The notes: generated by a model from the letters alone, not told the origin. A stretch of DNA of 22,165 nucleotides from an uncultured Erysipelotrichaceae bacterium (GCA_964457525.1 CAYWGS010000017.1:1-22165); one strand, 5' to 3'. Positions 1 through 7,884 are shown, counted from the first letter of the stretch. Made by a program: numbers and translations.

Positions 1-266
1 TCTATGATGTAGTGGATGCGCCAAATGAACTCTGGAATATATTTGTTAATCGTGATTTAGGAACTACTCAGATTTTCAAACAAACGCCTGATACAAATAA
101 CACCTGTCAGTATCTAGTAGAAGAAGAACCAGATTTTGTATTAGTTGATAAAGATCAATTCTACTTCGATGGAGAGAACTATGTTCCAATCTATTTTAGA
201 GTACGTGGTTGTGGCACAAATATATACGAGAATGATGATTATATCCTCTATCAATTTTATTGGTAG
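1..266 (+). CDS. C-terminal fragment of a hypothetical protein (5' end lies outside the window)
   Basis: The reading frame (codons at 3,6,9...) is open from the window edge to TAG at 264-266. The GTG at 12 used by the track is probably internal. No recognisable motif. Confidence 0.5.
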   Translation, partial: YDVVDAPNELWNIFVNRDLGTTQIFKQTPDTNNTCQYLVEEEPDFVLVDKDQFYFDGENYVPIYFRVRGCGTNIYENDDYILYQFYW

Positions 267-296
267 TGTATTTCACCTATTCTATACGCACTTGAG

Positions 297-302
297 TATA
301 AT
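297..302 (+). promoter_or_regulatory. Candidate -10 box (TATAAT) upstream of the mrp-like gene
   Basis: Consensus TATAAT lies 21 nt upstream of ATG 324, with SD AGGAG at 312-316. No convincing -35. Confidence 0.35.
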
Positions 303-323
303 AGATGTGTTAGGAGATAAGAA

Positions 324-1115
324 ATGACAAATCAGAAACTCGATCCTAAGTTTAATCCATTTAAACCAAGGGCAAAAAAAGAAACACAAGTAAAGAAAAT
401 GATTGCGGTCGTGAGTGGTAAAGGTGGTGTTGGTAAATCAACGGTCTCCGCACTTCTCGCAACTCATGCACAACGAGCAGGTTATCAAACCGGTGTTATT
501 GATGGAGATATTATTGGACCATCCATGGGTCATTTGTTTAATATTCATCAACCCTTATTTGGAGATGAAAGTGGGATTGAACCCGCTGTAACAGAAACAG
601 GCATTAAGCTTGTGACATCCAATATGTTAATCAAAGAGGAAACCAATCCAATCCTATGGAGAGGGGCATTGATTACTAAAGCAGTAACTGATTTCTGGAC
701 AGAAGTCAATTGGCAAGAACTCGATCTTATGGTCTTGGATATGCCACCTGGAACAGGCGATATTGCGATGACGGTCTTCCAAAGTTTACCGATTACAGGT
801 ATTGTGATTGTGACAAGTCCACAAGATTTAGTCAGTATGATTGTTTCTAAGGCAGTTGAAATGGCACAGAAAATGAATGTACCGATTATAGGTATCATTG
901 AAAACTTCAGTTACTTTGTCTGTGATGACTGTGATAAAGTCCACTATCCATTTGGTCAAAGTAAGGGGCAAGCTGTAGCGGATAAATACAACATTCCACT
1001 ACTCGGTCAATTACCCATTAATCCAATCATCAATCAATTAGCCGATGAAGGACGAATTGAAGAGATTGAAAGTGAAGATTTTACCTGGTTAGTTGAAACG
1101 ATTATGGAAGCATAG
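324..1115 (+). CDS. mrp: Mrp/ApbC/NBP35-family Fe-S cluster carrier ATPase
   Basis: Deviant Walker A SGKGGVGKST, Walker B LDMPPGTGD, and the family CxxC motif (CDDC) after ENFSYF. SD AGGAG lies 8 nt upstream of the ATG. Confidence 0.9.
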   Translation: MTNQKLDPKFNPFKPRAKKETQVKKMIAVVSGKGGVGKSTVSALLATHAQRAGYQTGVIDGDIIGPSMGHLFNIHQPLFGDESGIEPAVTETGIKLVTSNMLIKEETNPILWRGALITKAVTDFWTEVNWQELDLMVLDMPPGTGDIAMTVFQSLPITGIVIVTSPQDLVSMIVSKAVEMAQKMNVPIIGIIENFSYFVCDDCDKVHYPFGQSKGQAVADKYNIPLLGQLPINPIINQLADEGRIEEIESEDFTWLVETIMEA

Positions 1116-1144
1116 TCGTTTTTCTTTTCAAATCACTGAATATT

Positions 1145-1153
1145 TGATATTAT
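1145..1153 (+). promoter_or_regulatory. Candidate extended -10 promoter element (TGaTATTAT) for cysE
   Basis: TGaTATTAT overlaps the track's ATG 1152. It would give a short 5' UTR carrying SD AGAGGA (1165-1170) ahead of ATG 1176. Confidence 0.45.
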
Positions 1154-1175
1154 GTTAATCCTGAAGAGGAACAAT

Positions 1176-1679
1176 ATGTTTGATACTGCAAAATCCATTT
1201 TAAAACGTGATCCTGCCGCAAAATCTCTATTAGAGGTGATTTTGTTATACCCAGGTTATCATGCGGTTCTATATCATCGAGTTGCGCATTTCTTTTATAA
1301 ATTAAAACTCTTTTTCATCGCAAGACTCATTAGTCAATTCAATCGAGGCGTTACTGGCATTGAAATACATCCAGGTGCACAGATTGGTAAACGCTTATTT
1401 ATTGATCATGGGATGGGTATTGTAATAGGAGAAACTGCCATTATTGGCGATGATTGTTTAATCTATCATCAAGTCACATTAGGTGGAATGAGTTCAAAAG
1501 ATGAAAAACGCCATCCAACTCTTGGCAACAACGTTATGGTTGGGACAGGCGCAAAGATTCTTGGCAACATTCACATTGGTGATAACGTTAAAATTGGAGC
1601 GAATTGCATTGTTATTCATGATGTTGAAGCTGGAAAAACAGTTGTTGGTGTTCCAGGACAGGTATTAATTAAGAAATAG
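1176..1679 (+). CDS. cysE: Serine O-acetyltransferase
   Basis: Conserved DPAA...YPG..AV..HR.AH N-terminal helix region, followed by [32 protein letters not shown] hexapeptide repeats. Start moved to ATG 1176 because of the SD. Confidence 0.9.
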   Translation: MFDTAKSILKRDPAAKSLLEVILLYPGYHAVLYHRVAHFFYKLKLFFIARLISQFNRGVTGIEIHPGAQIGKRLFIDHGMGIVIGETAIIGDDCLIYHQVTLGGMSSKDEKRHPTLGNNVMVGTGAKILGNIHIGDNVKIGANCIVIHDVEAGKTVVGVPGQVLIKK

Positions 1680-1707
1680 AGGAACGTCTTGAATGACGTT
1701 CTTTTTA
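1680..1707 (+). terminator. Rho-independent terminator after cysE
   Basis: GAACGTC (1682-1688), 6-nt loop, GACGTTC (1695-1701), then TTTTT. Confidence 0.8.
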
Positions 1708-1716
1708 TGTTATGAT
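1689..1716 (+). promoter_or_regulatory. Candidate promoter for the CvpA-like gene (TTGAAT-16-TGtTATGAT)
   Basis: The -35-like TTGAAT is the loop of the preceding terminator. Extended -10 TGtTATGAT at 1708-1716. SD AGAGGG lies just downstream. Confidence 0.45.
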
Positions 1717-1736
1717 TTAAAAAGAGGGTGCTCATT

Positions 1737-2561
1737 ATGATCTCATTTCCGATTAATAGTGTTTTTATCATAAATGGTATTATGGTTGTTTTATTGTTAA
1801 TCACATTAATAAGTGGTTATTATAATGGCTTTATTAAACAAATCGTTCAGTTAATCGTTTTAATAGTAAGTATCCTTATCGCATGGCCAACATCGGGTCT
1901 GTTGTCAAATTCAATCCCTATTTTAAGCCGTGATTTAGGCTATTTTAATGATGTATTGTTTGGACAATTCATCTATGAGATCAGTAACTCAATCCTATGG
2001 TTTGTGATTCTATTTATTGCATTGTTTGTTGGATTATATGTCATCGCAAAACCATTCTATAAGAAAATAAGACAATACGCATGGATAAAACCACTGGATA
2101 AAATTCTAGGAGTGGTTATTGCACTTATTCCACTCATTATTTGGTTTCTACTTTTCATGATTATTACGTTAAGCCCAATCTTTTTAAATGGTAAATCAAC
2201 CTTAGAAGCATCTATGCTTAACCCACTCGTACCGGTAGCTCAATCGTTGTCCGATACCTTTGTAGGGCAAGTTGATCCCTATGGAATCGTTGTGAAGCTA
2301 ACAAATCAAGAAGAATTAACAGAAGAAGATATCGCAAATATTCCAATCTGGTTAGAAGAGTTTGGGGTTAAAGAAGAAAGTGTTGTGATTGTTACAAAGT
2401 TTATCAATGAAGAGGCGTTTACAGAAACGGATATCAACACCGTTCAAGAGTATATTACAAAGAATGAAATTACAGAAGGTCAAGCTCGAGCATTCTTAGA
2501 GAAGTTTGGTTTAGCTCAATCCGAGATTGATGAGGCGATTAGTGAATTCAATTTTAAGTAA
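1737..2561 (+). CDS. CvpA-family membrane protein with an acidic C-terminal extension
   Basis: N-terminal multi-TM region with the GY.NGF motif typical of CvpA. Four or more hydrophobic helices, then about 90 aa of acidic soluble tail. SD AGAGGG favours ATG 1737 over GTG 1728. Confidence 0.65.
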   Translation: MISFPINSVFIINGIMVVLLLITLISGYYNGFIKQIVQLIVLIVSILIAWPTSGLLSNSIPILSRDLGYFNDVLFGQFIYEISNSILWFVILFIALFVGLYVIAKPFYKKIRQYAWIKPLDKILGVVIALIPLIIWFLLFMIITLSPIFLNGKSTLEASMLNPLVPVAQSLSDTFVGQVDPYGIVVKLTNQEELTEEDIANIPIWLEEFGVKEESVVIVTKFINEEAFTETDINTVQEYITKNEITEGQARAFLEKFGLAQSEIDEAISEFNFK

Positions 2562-2585
2562 AGATGAGTAAAATCATCTTTTTTA
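2561..2585 (+). terminator. Rho-independent terminator after the CvpA-like gene
   Basis: AAGATGA (2561-2567), 6-nt loop, TCATCTT (2574-2580), then TTTT. Confidence 0.8.
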
Positions 2586-2586
2586 A

Positions 2587-2615
2587 TTAACTAAGTAAAC
2601 TAAATAAGCTATGAT
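2587..2615 (+). promoter_or_regulatory. Weak candidate promoter (TTAACT-17-TATGAT) for the CrtI-like gene
   Basis: Hexamers at 2587-2592 and 2610-2615. Alternative registers exist in this AT-rich spacer. Confidence 0.3.
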
Positions 2616-2654
2616 TAAGATAATGTTGTTTAACCATATATTAAAGGAGCACGC

Positions 2655-4499
2655 ATGGAGTATGACGTCATAGTGATTGGCGGTGGTCTAGCTGGACTCA
2701 CCGCAGGAAGTTTACTCGCTAAACGAAACTTGAAAGTAGCGGTATTTGATAAAAGTTATAATCCCGGAGGATCTTGTGGTATTTTTAAACGAAAAAACAC
2801 CATCTTTGATCAAGGTTCCGCAATGCTCTATGGGTTTGGAGAAAAAGGATTTAATGCACATCGATTCGTCTTTAATGTACTTGAAGAACCAATCGATATC
2901 ATCCAACATGATTTGCTTTATGTCGTAAATTTTAAGGGACATCGCATTCCGTTCCATGCGAATGTAAAACAATTTACCGAAGAACTCGCGAAAGTATTTC
3001 CGAAACAGAGAGAGAATATTAAACGATTCTATGACGATATGTTGGTTATGTATGAACATGTCATGGTTGAAACACCCAGTTATCGAAGTGCAGATGAGAC
3101 AAAAGCAATTGATGGATTAAAAGGTCTAATCAAACATCCAATTTCCTATATTCGTTTCTTATCTTACTTGAATATGAGTGCGAAACAATTACTTGAACGC
3201 TATTTCGATGATCCTGAAATATTCAAATTTTTTGATAAACTCACATCAACGTATTGTTACGCTACGGTAGAAGAAGCACCCGCTGTATTGGCATCCGTTA
3301 TGTTTGTCGATAATCATGTGGGAGGTAGCTATTATCCTGCAGGATCAACGCTTTTCTTACCTGGAAAGTTAGAGAAAGTGATTGAAGAAAATGGGGGAGA
3401 GATGATTCTCTCAACAGTCGTAAATGAAATCTTATTCAAAGAAGGTAAAGCGATTGGGGTTAAATGTGATAATGGACTCATTTATACTGCGAAATACGTT
3501 ATCTATTCTGGAACAGTCTGGAACTTATACGATAAACTTATATCATCAAAAGTAAGCTCACGAAAACGACGTGAATGGGCAAAAGCACAAGTGATGACCT
3601 ATCCAAGTGTCATGATCTATTTAACCGTTGATAAAGAAGTCATACCAGAAGATACAGCACCTTTAGAAATGTTGGTTGGAAATCCAGATTACTTAGATGA
3701 GAGTGAAGTAACAGCGTATATCCTAAGTATTGATGATAAGAATCTATGTGATGAAGATGAACATACAGTTATGGCCATTGGCCCAAGCTTTGAGAAATGG
3801 GATTTCTTGAGTGAGAAAGAATATCAAGTTAAAAAAGCGAAAGAAAAAGAACGACTCATACAAGTTCTTGAACGTCGTTTTCCAAACTTCTCAAAACATA
3901 TTCGCACAATAGAAGTCGCAACACCACGAACCATTGAACACTATACAATGAAAAACCATGGTGCAGTTGCAGGTCCAAAACAAATGCTTGGACAACATAT
4001 GTTTAAACGTCAACACATTCGAACAGAATGGCCTAACTTATTCTGTTGCGGTGAATCAACGGTGTTGGGGACTGGAACTCCCACTGTAACGACTTCAGGC
4101 ATTAGTGCCGCAAATGCTGTTTTAAGAAAATATAAACTCAAAGAATATGTCTATGATCCAACGCTAGAGAATAGAGTCAATCTAGTCTCAAAACCATTCT
4201 TAAAATCACAACTCTATGCCGATCGTGTTGGTGAAGAAAAAGAAGTGATGCAATGTGCGTATCACTGTCGATACTGTGAACATCCAGCCTGTACACGAAA
4301 AGAGGAAACCGATATACGTGGAATCATGCGACGCGTTGCGGTAGGAAACTTTGTTGGAGCACTCAAAGCATGGGATAAACATCCAGTCAATCTTGAAACG
4401 CTTTTACGATATGAATCACAATGTATATGCAATGTCGATGAAGGAAAAGGCATTCAAATTCGAAAAGTAATAAACTATTTAGAAAAAACAAAACGGTGA
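2655..4499 (+). CDS. CrtI/phytoene-desaturase-family FAD-dependent oxidoreductase with a C-terminal Cys-rich (helical-ferredoxin-like) extension
   Basis: N-terminal dinucleotide fold YDVIVIGGGLAGLTAG...FDK...PGGSCG, and C-terminal FAD motif CGESTVLGTGTP. The last ~80 aa carry CAYHCRYCEHPAC...GNFVGA...CIC. SD AGGAG lies upstream. Confidence 0.8.
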   Translation: MEYDVIVIGGGLAGLTAGSLLAKRNLKVAVFDKSYNPGGSCGIFKRKNTIFDQGSAMLYGFGEKGFNAHRFVFNVLEEPIDIIQHDLLYVVNFKGHRIPFHANVKQFTEELAKVFPKQRENIKRFYDDMLVMYEHVMVETPSYRSADETKAIDGLKGLIKHPISYIRFLSYLNMSAKQLLERYFDDPEIFKFFDKLTSTYCYATVEEAPAVLASVMFVDNHVGGSYYPAGSTLFLPGKLEKVIEENGGEMILSTVVNEILFKEGKAIGVKCDNGLIYTAKYVIYSGTVWNLYDKLISSKVSSRKRREWAKAQVMTYPSVMIYLTVDKEVIPEDTAPLEMLVGNPDYLDESEVTAYILSIDDKNLCDEDEHTVMAIGPSFEKWDFLSEKEYQVKKAKEKERLIQVLERRFPNFSKHIRTIEVATPRTIEHYTMKNHGAVAGPKQMLGQHMFKRQHIRTEWPNLFCCGESTVLGTGTPTVTTSGISAANAVLRKYKLKEYVYDPTLENRVNLVSKPFLKSQLYADRVGEEKEVMQCAYHCRYCEHPACTRKEETDIRGIMRRVAVGNFVGALKAWDKHPVNLETLLRYESQCICNVDEGKGIQIRKVINYLEKTKR

Positions 4500-4514
4500 G
4501 GAGACTCACCGTTT
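4491..4514. terminator. Bidirectional terminator between convergent genes
   Basis: Perfect 10-bp stem AAACGGTGAG/CTCACCGTTT with loop GAGA. It overlaps both stop codons, with an A-run upstream and T-rich sequence downstream. Confidence 0.85.
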
Positions 4515-5115
4515 AACTTCTTTGTTTATTCTGTTTCATTTCACTTAATTCTTGATTGGTATATCCTCGATTTTGCCATAAACGTGTATGCATATGCGCA
4601 TTTAAGCAAAGTTGGATGAACTCTTCAAATTTATTCTGTGGTATCGTACATCCGAATTCGTTGATACTATTGGGAATATCTTCTATATTGAAACTATCTT
4701 TTAAGAAGTAGGATAAATAATCCAAGTAATTCACAATCTCAACTTTACTGCCTTTAAACCATTTAATTATATATTCTTTCAACGCTTTTAATTCTGGAGT
4801 TTCTTCTTGGTATAAATCTTCTTTATACTTTAATAACTCTTTCTTGGAAGGTTGATAGTAAGGAAGATCTTCTTGTGCTTCAATAAGATCTAAATATTCG
4901 AACTCATCTAAGAAGATTTCTAACATAAAGTACTCATTGACAAGAAACATTTGGTTCGCTTCAAGAACTTCAAATTGAATACTCGTATAAAGTGTTCCAG
5001 GATTCAAATCCGTTTTCTCATAGGAATTAATAATCGTACATGCATCTTCTACGGAAATCACGCCATAGAGATTAATCATCGCAACTAAATCATCGTGTAT
5101 GGCTTTATTTTTCAT
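4513..5115 (-). CDS. Hypothetical protein (200 aa), translationally coupled to purA
   Basis: Long ORF with an ATGA start/stop overlap with purA. Acidic, predicted helical and soluble, with no catalytic motif that I recognise. Confidence 0.7.
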   Translation of the reverse strand: MKNKAIHDDLVAMINLYGVISVEDACTIINSYEKTDLNPGTLYTSIQFEVLEANQMFLVNEYFMLEIFLDEFEYLDLIEAQEDLPYYQPSKKELLKYKEDLYQEETPELKALKEYIIKWFKGSKVEIVNYLDYLSYFLKDSFNIEDIPNSINEFGCTIPQNKFEEFIQLCLNAHMHTRLWQNRGYTNQELSEMKQNKQRS

Positions 5116-6398
5116 AATAGTTTTGACTTTCTGTGAAGGATTTGTTCACGCTTAGGACCATTGGACACTAAAGTAATAGGAACATTAATCATACGTTCGA
5201 TTTCATCGACATAATGCTTACAATTCTCAGGTAGATCATCATAATTACGAATGTGTGAGATATCTGAGTTCCAACCAGGAAGTGTTTCAAGAATTGGTTT
5301 ACTATTTTCTAAACGAGTGATATTAGGGAAATGATCACGACGCTTACCATCTGTTTCATAGGCAACACAGACAGGAATTTCATTTAAATAGCCAAGCACA
5401 TCTAAATTCGTTAATACAAGATGTGTTGCGCCTTGAACTTGGCAACCATAACGAGTCGCAACGACATCAAACCAACCCATACGACGAGGACGACCGGTTG
5501 TTGCGCCAAATTCACCCGCATCGCCACCTCTTAAACGTAATTCTTGAGCAATATCCCCAAAGATTTCACTAACAAATGGACCAGCCCCAACACTACTAGA
5601 ATATGCCTTTGTGACTGCATAAACTTCATCGATGGTGTAGGGTAATCCAGCCCCAATTGGGCCATAGAATGCAAGAGTTGAACTTGAAGTAGAGTATGGA
5701 TAAATTCCAAAATCAGGATCTCTAAGAGCACCTAATTGACCTTCTAAAAGAATTTGTTTATTTTCATCCATGGAAGTTTGGAAAAATTTAACGGTATCAT
5801 GTACAAATGGAGAAATTAAGTTACGATATTCCATTAATTCATTATAGATATCTTCTTTTTTTAATGGTTCTGCATGATACAAGTGTTCTAATAATATATT
5901 TTTAGCAGGTAAGATACGATCTAACTTATCACTTACCCATTGTTCATCAAATAATTCAGAGATTTGAAAACCGATTTTAGCATATTTATCAGAATAGAAT
6001 GGCGCAATACCACTTTTTGTCGATCCAAATTGTGCTTTGCCCAAACGTTCTTCTTCTAATTTATCAAAAAGAATATGATAACTCATAACGATTTGAGCAC
6101 GATCCGAAACAATCAGTTTAGGCATCGGTACACCTTTTTCTACCAATTGATTTAGTTCTTTGATAAATGCAGGAATATTTAGGGCAACGCCATTTCCAAT
6201 GACATTCGTAATGTGATCATAGAAAACACCAGAAGGCAACATATGTAATGCAAATTTACCATAATCATTAATAATGGTATGCCCAGCATTATTACCACCT
6301 TGAAAGCGTACTACGATATCTGATTCTTTCGCAAAGACATCAGTTAATTTACCTTTACCTTCATCACCCCAGTTAGCACCAACTACAGCTTTAATCAT
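5112..6398 (-). CDS. purA: Adenylosuccinate synthase (divergent lineage)
   Basis: P-loop WGDEGKGK, plus QGGNNAGHT, GATTGRPRRMGWFD and VSNGP. Bacterial-type length of 428 aa. SD GGAGAA lies upstream. Confidence 0.9.
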   Translation of the reverse strand: MIKAVVGANWGDEGKGKLTDVFAKESDIVVRFQGGNNAGHTIINDYGKFALHMLPSGVFYDHITNVIGNGVALNIPAFIKELNQLVEKGVPMPKLIVSDRAQIVMSYHILFDKLEEERLGKAQFGSTKSGIAPFYSDKYAKIGFQISELFDEQWVSDKLDRILPAKNILLEHLYHAEPLKKEDIYNELMEYRNLISPFVHDTVKFFQTSMDENKQILLEGQLGALRDPDFGIYPYSTSSSTLAFYGPIGAGLPYTIDEVYAVTKAYSSSVGAGPFVSEIFGDIAQELRLRGGDAGEFGATTGRPRRMGWFDVVATRYGCQVQGATHLVLTNLDVLGYLNEIPVCVAYETDGKRRDHFPNITRLENSKPILETLPGWNSDISHIRNYDDLPENCKHYVDEIERMINVPITLVSNGPKREQILHRKSKLL

Positions 6399-6412
6399 GT
6401 TCGTTCTCCTTT

Positions 6413-6445
6413 AAAATAAAATAGAACAGCTTGTGTGCTGTTCTA
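6413..6445 (-). terminator. Terminator-like hairpin after the COG2509-type gene, immediately upstream of the purA SD
   Basis: Minus strand reads TAGAACAGC-acacaa-GCTGTTCTA followed by TTTTATTTT. Confidence 0.7.
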
Positions 6446-6458
6446 GATTACACTTATA

Positions 6459-6487
6459 AACCTATCAAAATTAATCTTGTTTGTCAA
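6459..6487 (-). promoter_or_regulatory. Candidate purA promoter (TTGACA-17-TGaTAGGTT) partly inside the upstream gene's 3' end
   Basis: On the minus strand, the consensus -35 is the complement of 6482-6487. The TGn-extended -10 TAGGTT is the complement of 6459-6464. Confidence 0.35.
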
Positions 6488-7859
6488 TCTTATCTAAATA
6501 AGTATCCGCAACATATAAACCATGCGCGGCAGCTTGAGATAAAGAACGTGTAAATCCAGCCCCATCCCCAATTGCATAAACATTTTTAAACCCATTTAAT
6601 TCAAAATTGGTTGTATCTGGACGAGCAGAATAGTATTTACATTCTACACCATAGAGTAGCGTATCCATGTTTGCAGTACCTGGCGCAACTTTATCTAACG
6701 CAAAGAGGGTTTCAATGATATTATCCAACTGACGTTTTGGCATACATAAGGATAAATCACCCGCAACAGCTTTTAAAGTGGGTTGTACGGTGTTTGCTTT
6801 TAATCGATTCTCATCGGTACGACGTCCATGAAGCAAGTCTCCTAAACGTTGAACCAAGACAGAACCCCCAGAAATTAAGTTACCTAAGTGCGCTACATGA
6901 CGTGCATAATCAATCGGGTCATTGAATGGAGTCGTAAACTTGATGGTTGATAATAATGCAAAGTTAGAATTATCAGTCTTCTTATCCTCTTCCTTAAAGG
7001 AATGACCATTCACCGTAATGATGTCATTGGTATTCTCCATCACCACATGACCTTTTTCATTGAAACAAAACATGCGTGTAATATCACCATACTTTTGACT
7101 TCTAAACCAAATCTTTGGTTCATAGATGACTTCTGAGAAATGCTTCCATACAGAATAAGGAAGCTCAACACGAACACCAATATCCACCTGATTGTTTATG
7201 AGAGGTATTTTATTCTTAGAACACCATTGACTAAAGAAACGACTTCCAGCACGACCAACCGCGAAGATTAGTGCATCTGCTTGGATTTCATGTGATTCTT
7301 TTTTCTGTGTATAATAAACGATCTTTTGATCGCCGTCCGCATCGGTAACATTCGCATCTGTAATGATTTCAATCTTATCGCGAAGGAAATGGATTAAATC
7401 CATCATTGTTTTATAGTTCGCATCAGTACCCAAATGTTTAACTTGAGCTTGTTGCATATGTAAATCATGTTTTAAACAAAGTGTTTTAAGTTCATCAGAA
7501 GGTTGATAACGATCCGTTGTTGCGCCGTGTCTCACTAAAATCGCATCCGCTTGTTCAATGTACTTAATAACAGTGGATTGAGGTAAGAAGTCAGTTAACC
7601 ATCCACCATATTCAGTAGAAATAATATACTTACCATCTGAATACGCTCCAGCACCCGCTAATCCTTCCATAATTCCACAGGTAGGACAGTTAATACAGGT
7701 TGGGACTTTACCTTCAATAATTGGACATAAACGACGGGTAATGTCATGACCTTTTTCTAATAAAGTTATCTTTAATCCAGGCTTTTCCTCTATTAAACGA
7801 TACGCTGCCATAAGGCCACTAATTCCGCCACCAATGATGACGACATCTACTTTTTTCAT
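6471..7859 (-). CDS. FAD-dependent oxidoreductase, COG2509-like (uncharacterised flavoprotein family)
   Basis: KVDVVIIGGGISGLMAAY dinucleotide fold, Cys cluster CPIIEGKVPTCINCPTC, and C-terminal YAIGDGAG. Start set at ATG 7859, preceded by GGAGG. The track's 40-aa N-terminal extension reads through the promoter region. Confidence 0.8.
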   Translation of the reverse strand: MKKVDVVIIGGGISGLMAAYRLIEEKPGLKITLLEKGHDITRRLCPIIEGKVPTCINCPTCGIMEGLAGAGAYSDGKYIISTEYGGWLTDFLPQSTVIKYIEQADAILVRHGATTDRYQPSDELKTLCLKHDLHMQQAQVKHLGTDANYKTMMDLIHFLRDKIEIITDANVTDADGDQKIVYYTQKKESHEIQADALIFAVGRAGSRFFSQWCSKNKIPLINNQVDIGVRVELPYSVWKHFSEVIYEPKIWFRSQKYGDITRMFCFNEKGHVVMENTNDIITVNGHSFKEEDKKTDNSNFALLSTIKFTTPFNDPIDYARHVAHLGNLISGGSVLVQRLGDLLHGRRTDENRLKANTVQPTLKAVAGDLSLCMPKRQLDNIIETLFALDKVAPGTANMDTLLYGVECKYYSARPDTTNFELNGFKNVYAIGDGAGFTRSLSQAAAHGLYVADTYLDKIDKQD

Positions 7860-7884
7860 CGCTTTCCTCCTTAAATCCATGCAT

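Noticed and set aside
548-898. Antisense or out-of-frame ORFs in the track: 548-898(-), 145-327(+), 1616-1804(-), 2712-3059(-), 2746-2928(+), 4262-4453(-), 5531-5731(-), 6737-6925(+), 7910-8131(-), 8232-8501(-), 9165-9404(-), 11255-11467(-), 13186-13512(-), 13671-13910(-), 15904-16101(-), 16683-16877(-), 16912-17103(-), 17817-18047(-), 18255-18461(-), 19019-19201(-)
   Set aside because: All lie inside or across strongly supported genes with clear family motifs. They have no SD or promoter of their own, and their composition is typical of shadow frames in AT-rich DNA (rich in I/L/F/S/K).
1116-1175. Searched for a T-box or riboswitch upstream of cysE, purA, ktrBA and glpK
   Set aside because: The leaders are 13-96 nt, which is too short for a T-box, a purine riboswitch or a ydaO c-di-AMP riboswitch. 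No conserved cores were seen.
2610-2672. Small uORF (MIKIMLFNHILKEHAWSMTS) overlapping the CrtI-like gene start
   Set aside because: It has no SD, lies in an AT-rich promoter spacer, and nothing suggests conservation, so it is most likely fortuitous.
5112-6398. Possibility that the divergent PurA is a PurZ-type (2-aminoadenine pathway) enzyme
   Set aside because: The catalytic Asp of GDEGKGK is retained. The protein is of full bacterial PurA length. There is no phage context and no MazZ/DatZ-like partner next to it. The dUTPase-like gene is 11 kb away in a different operon.
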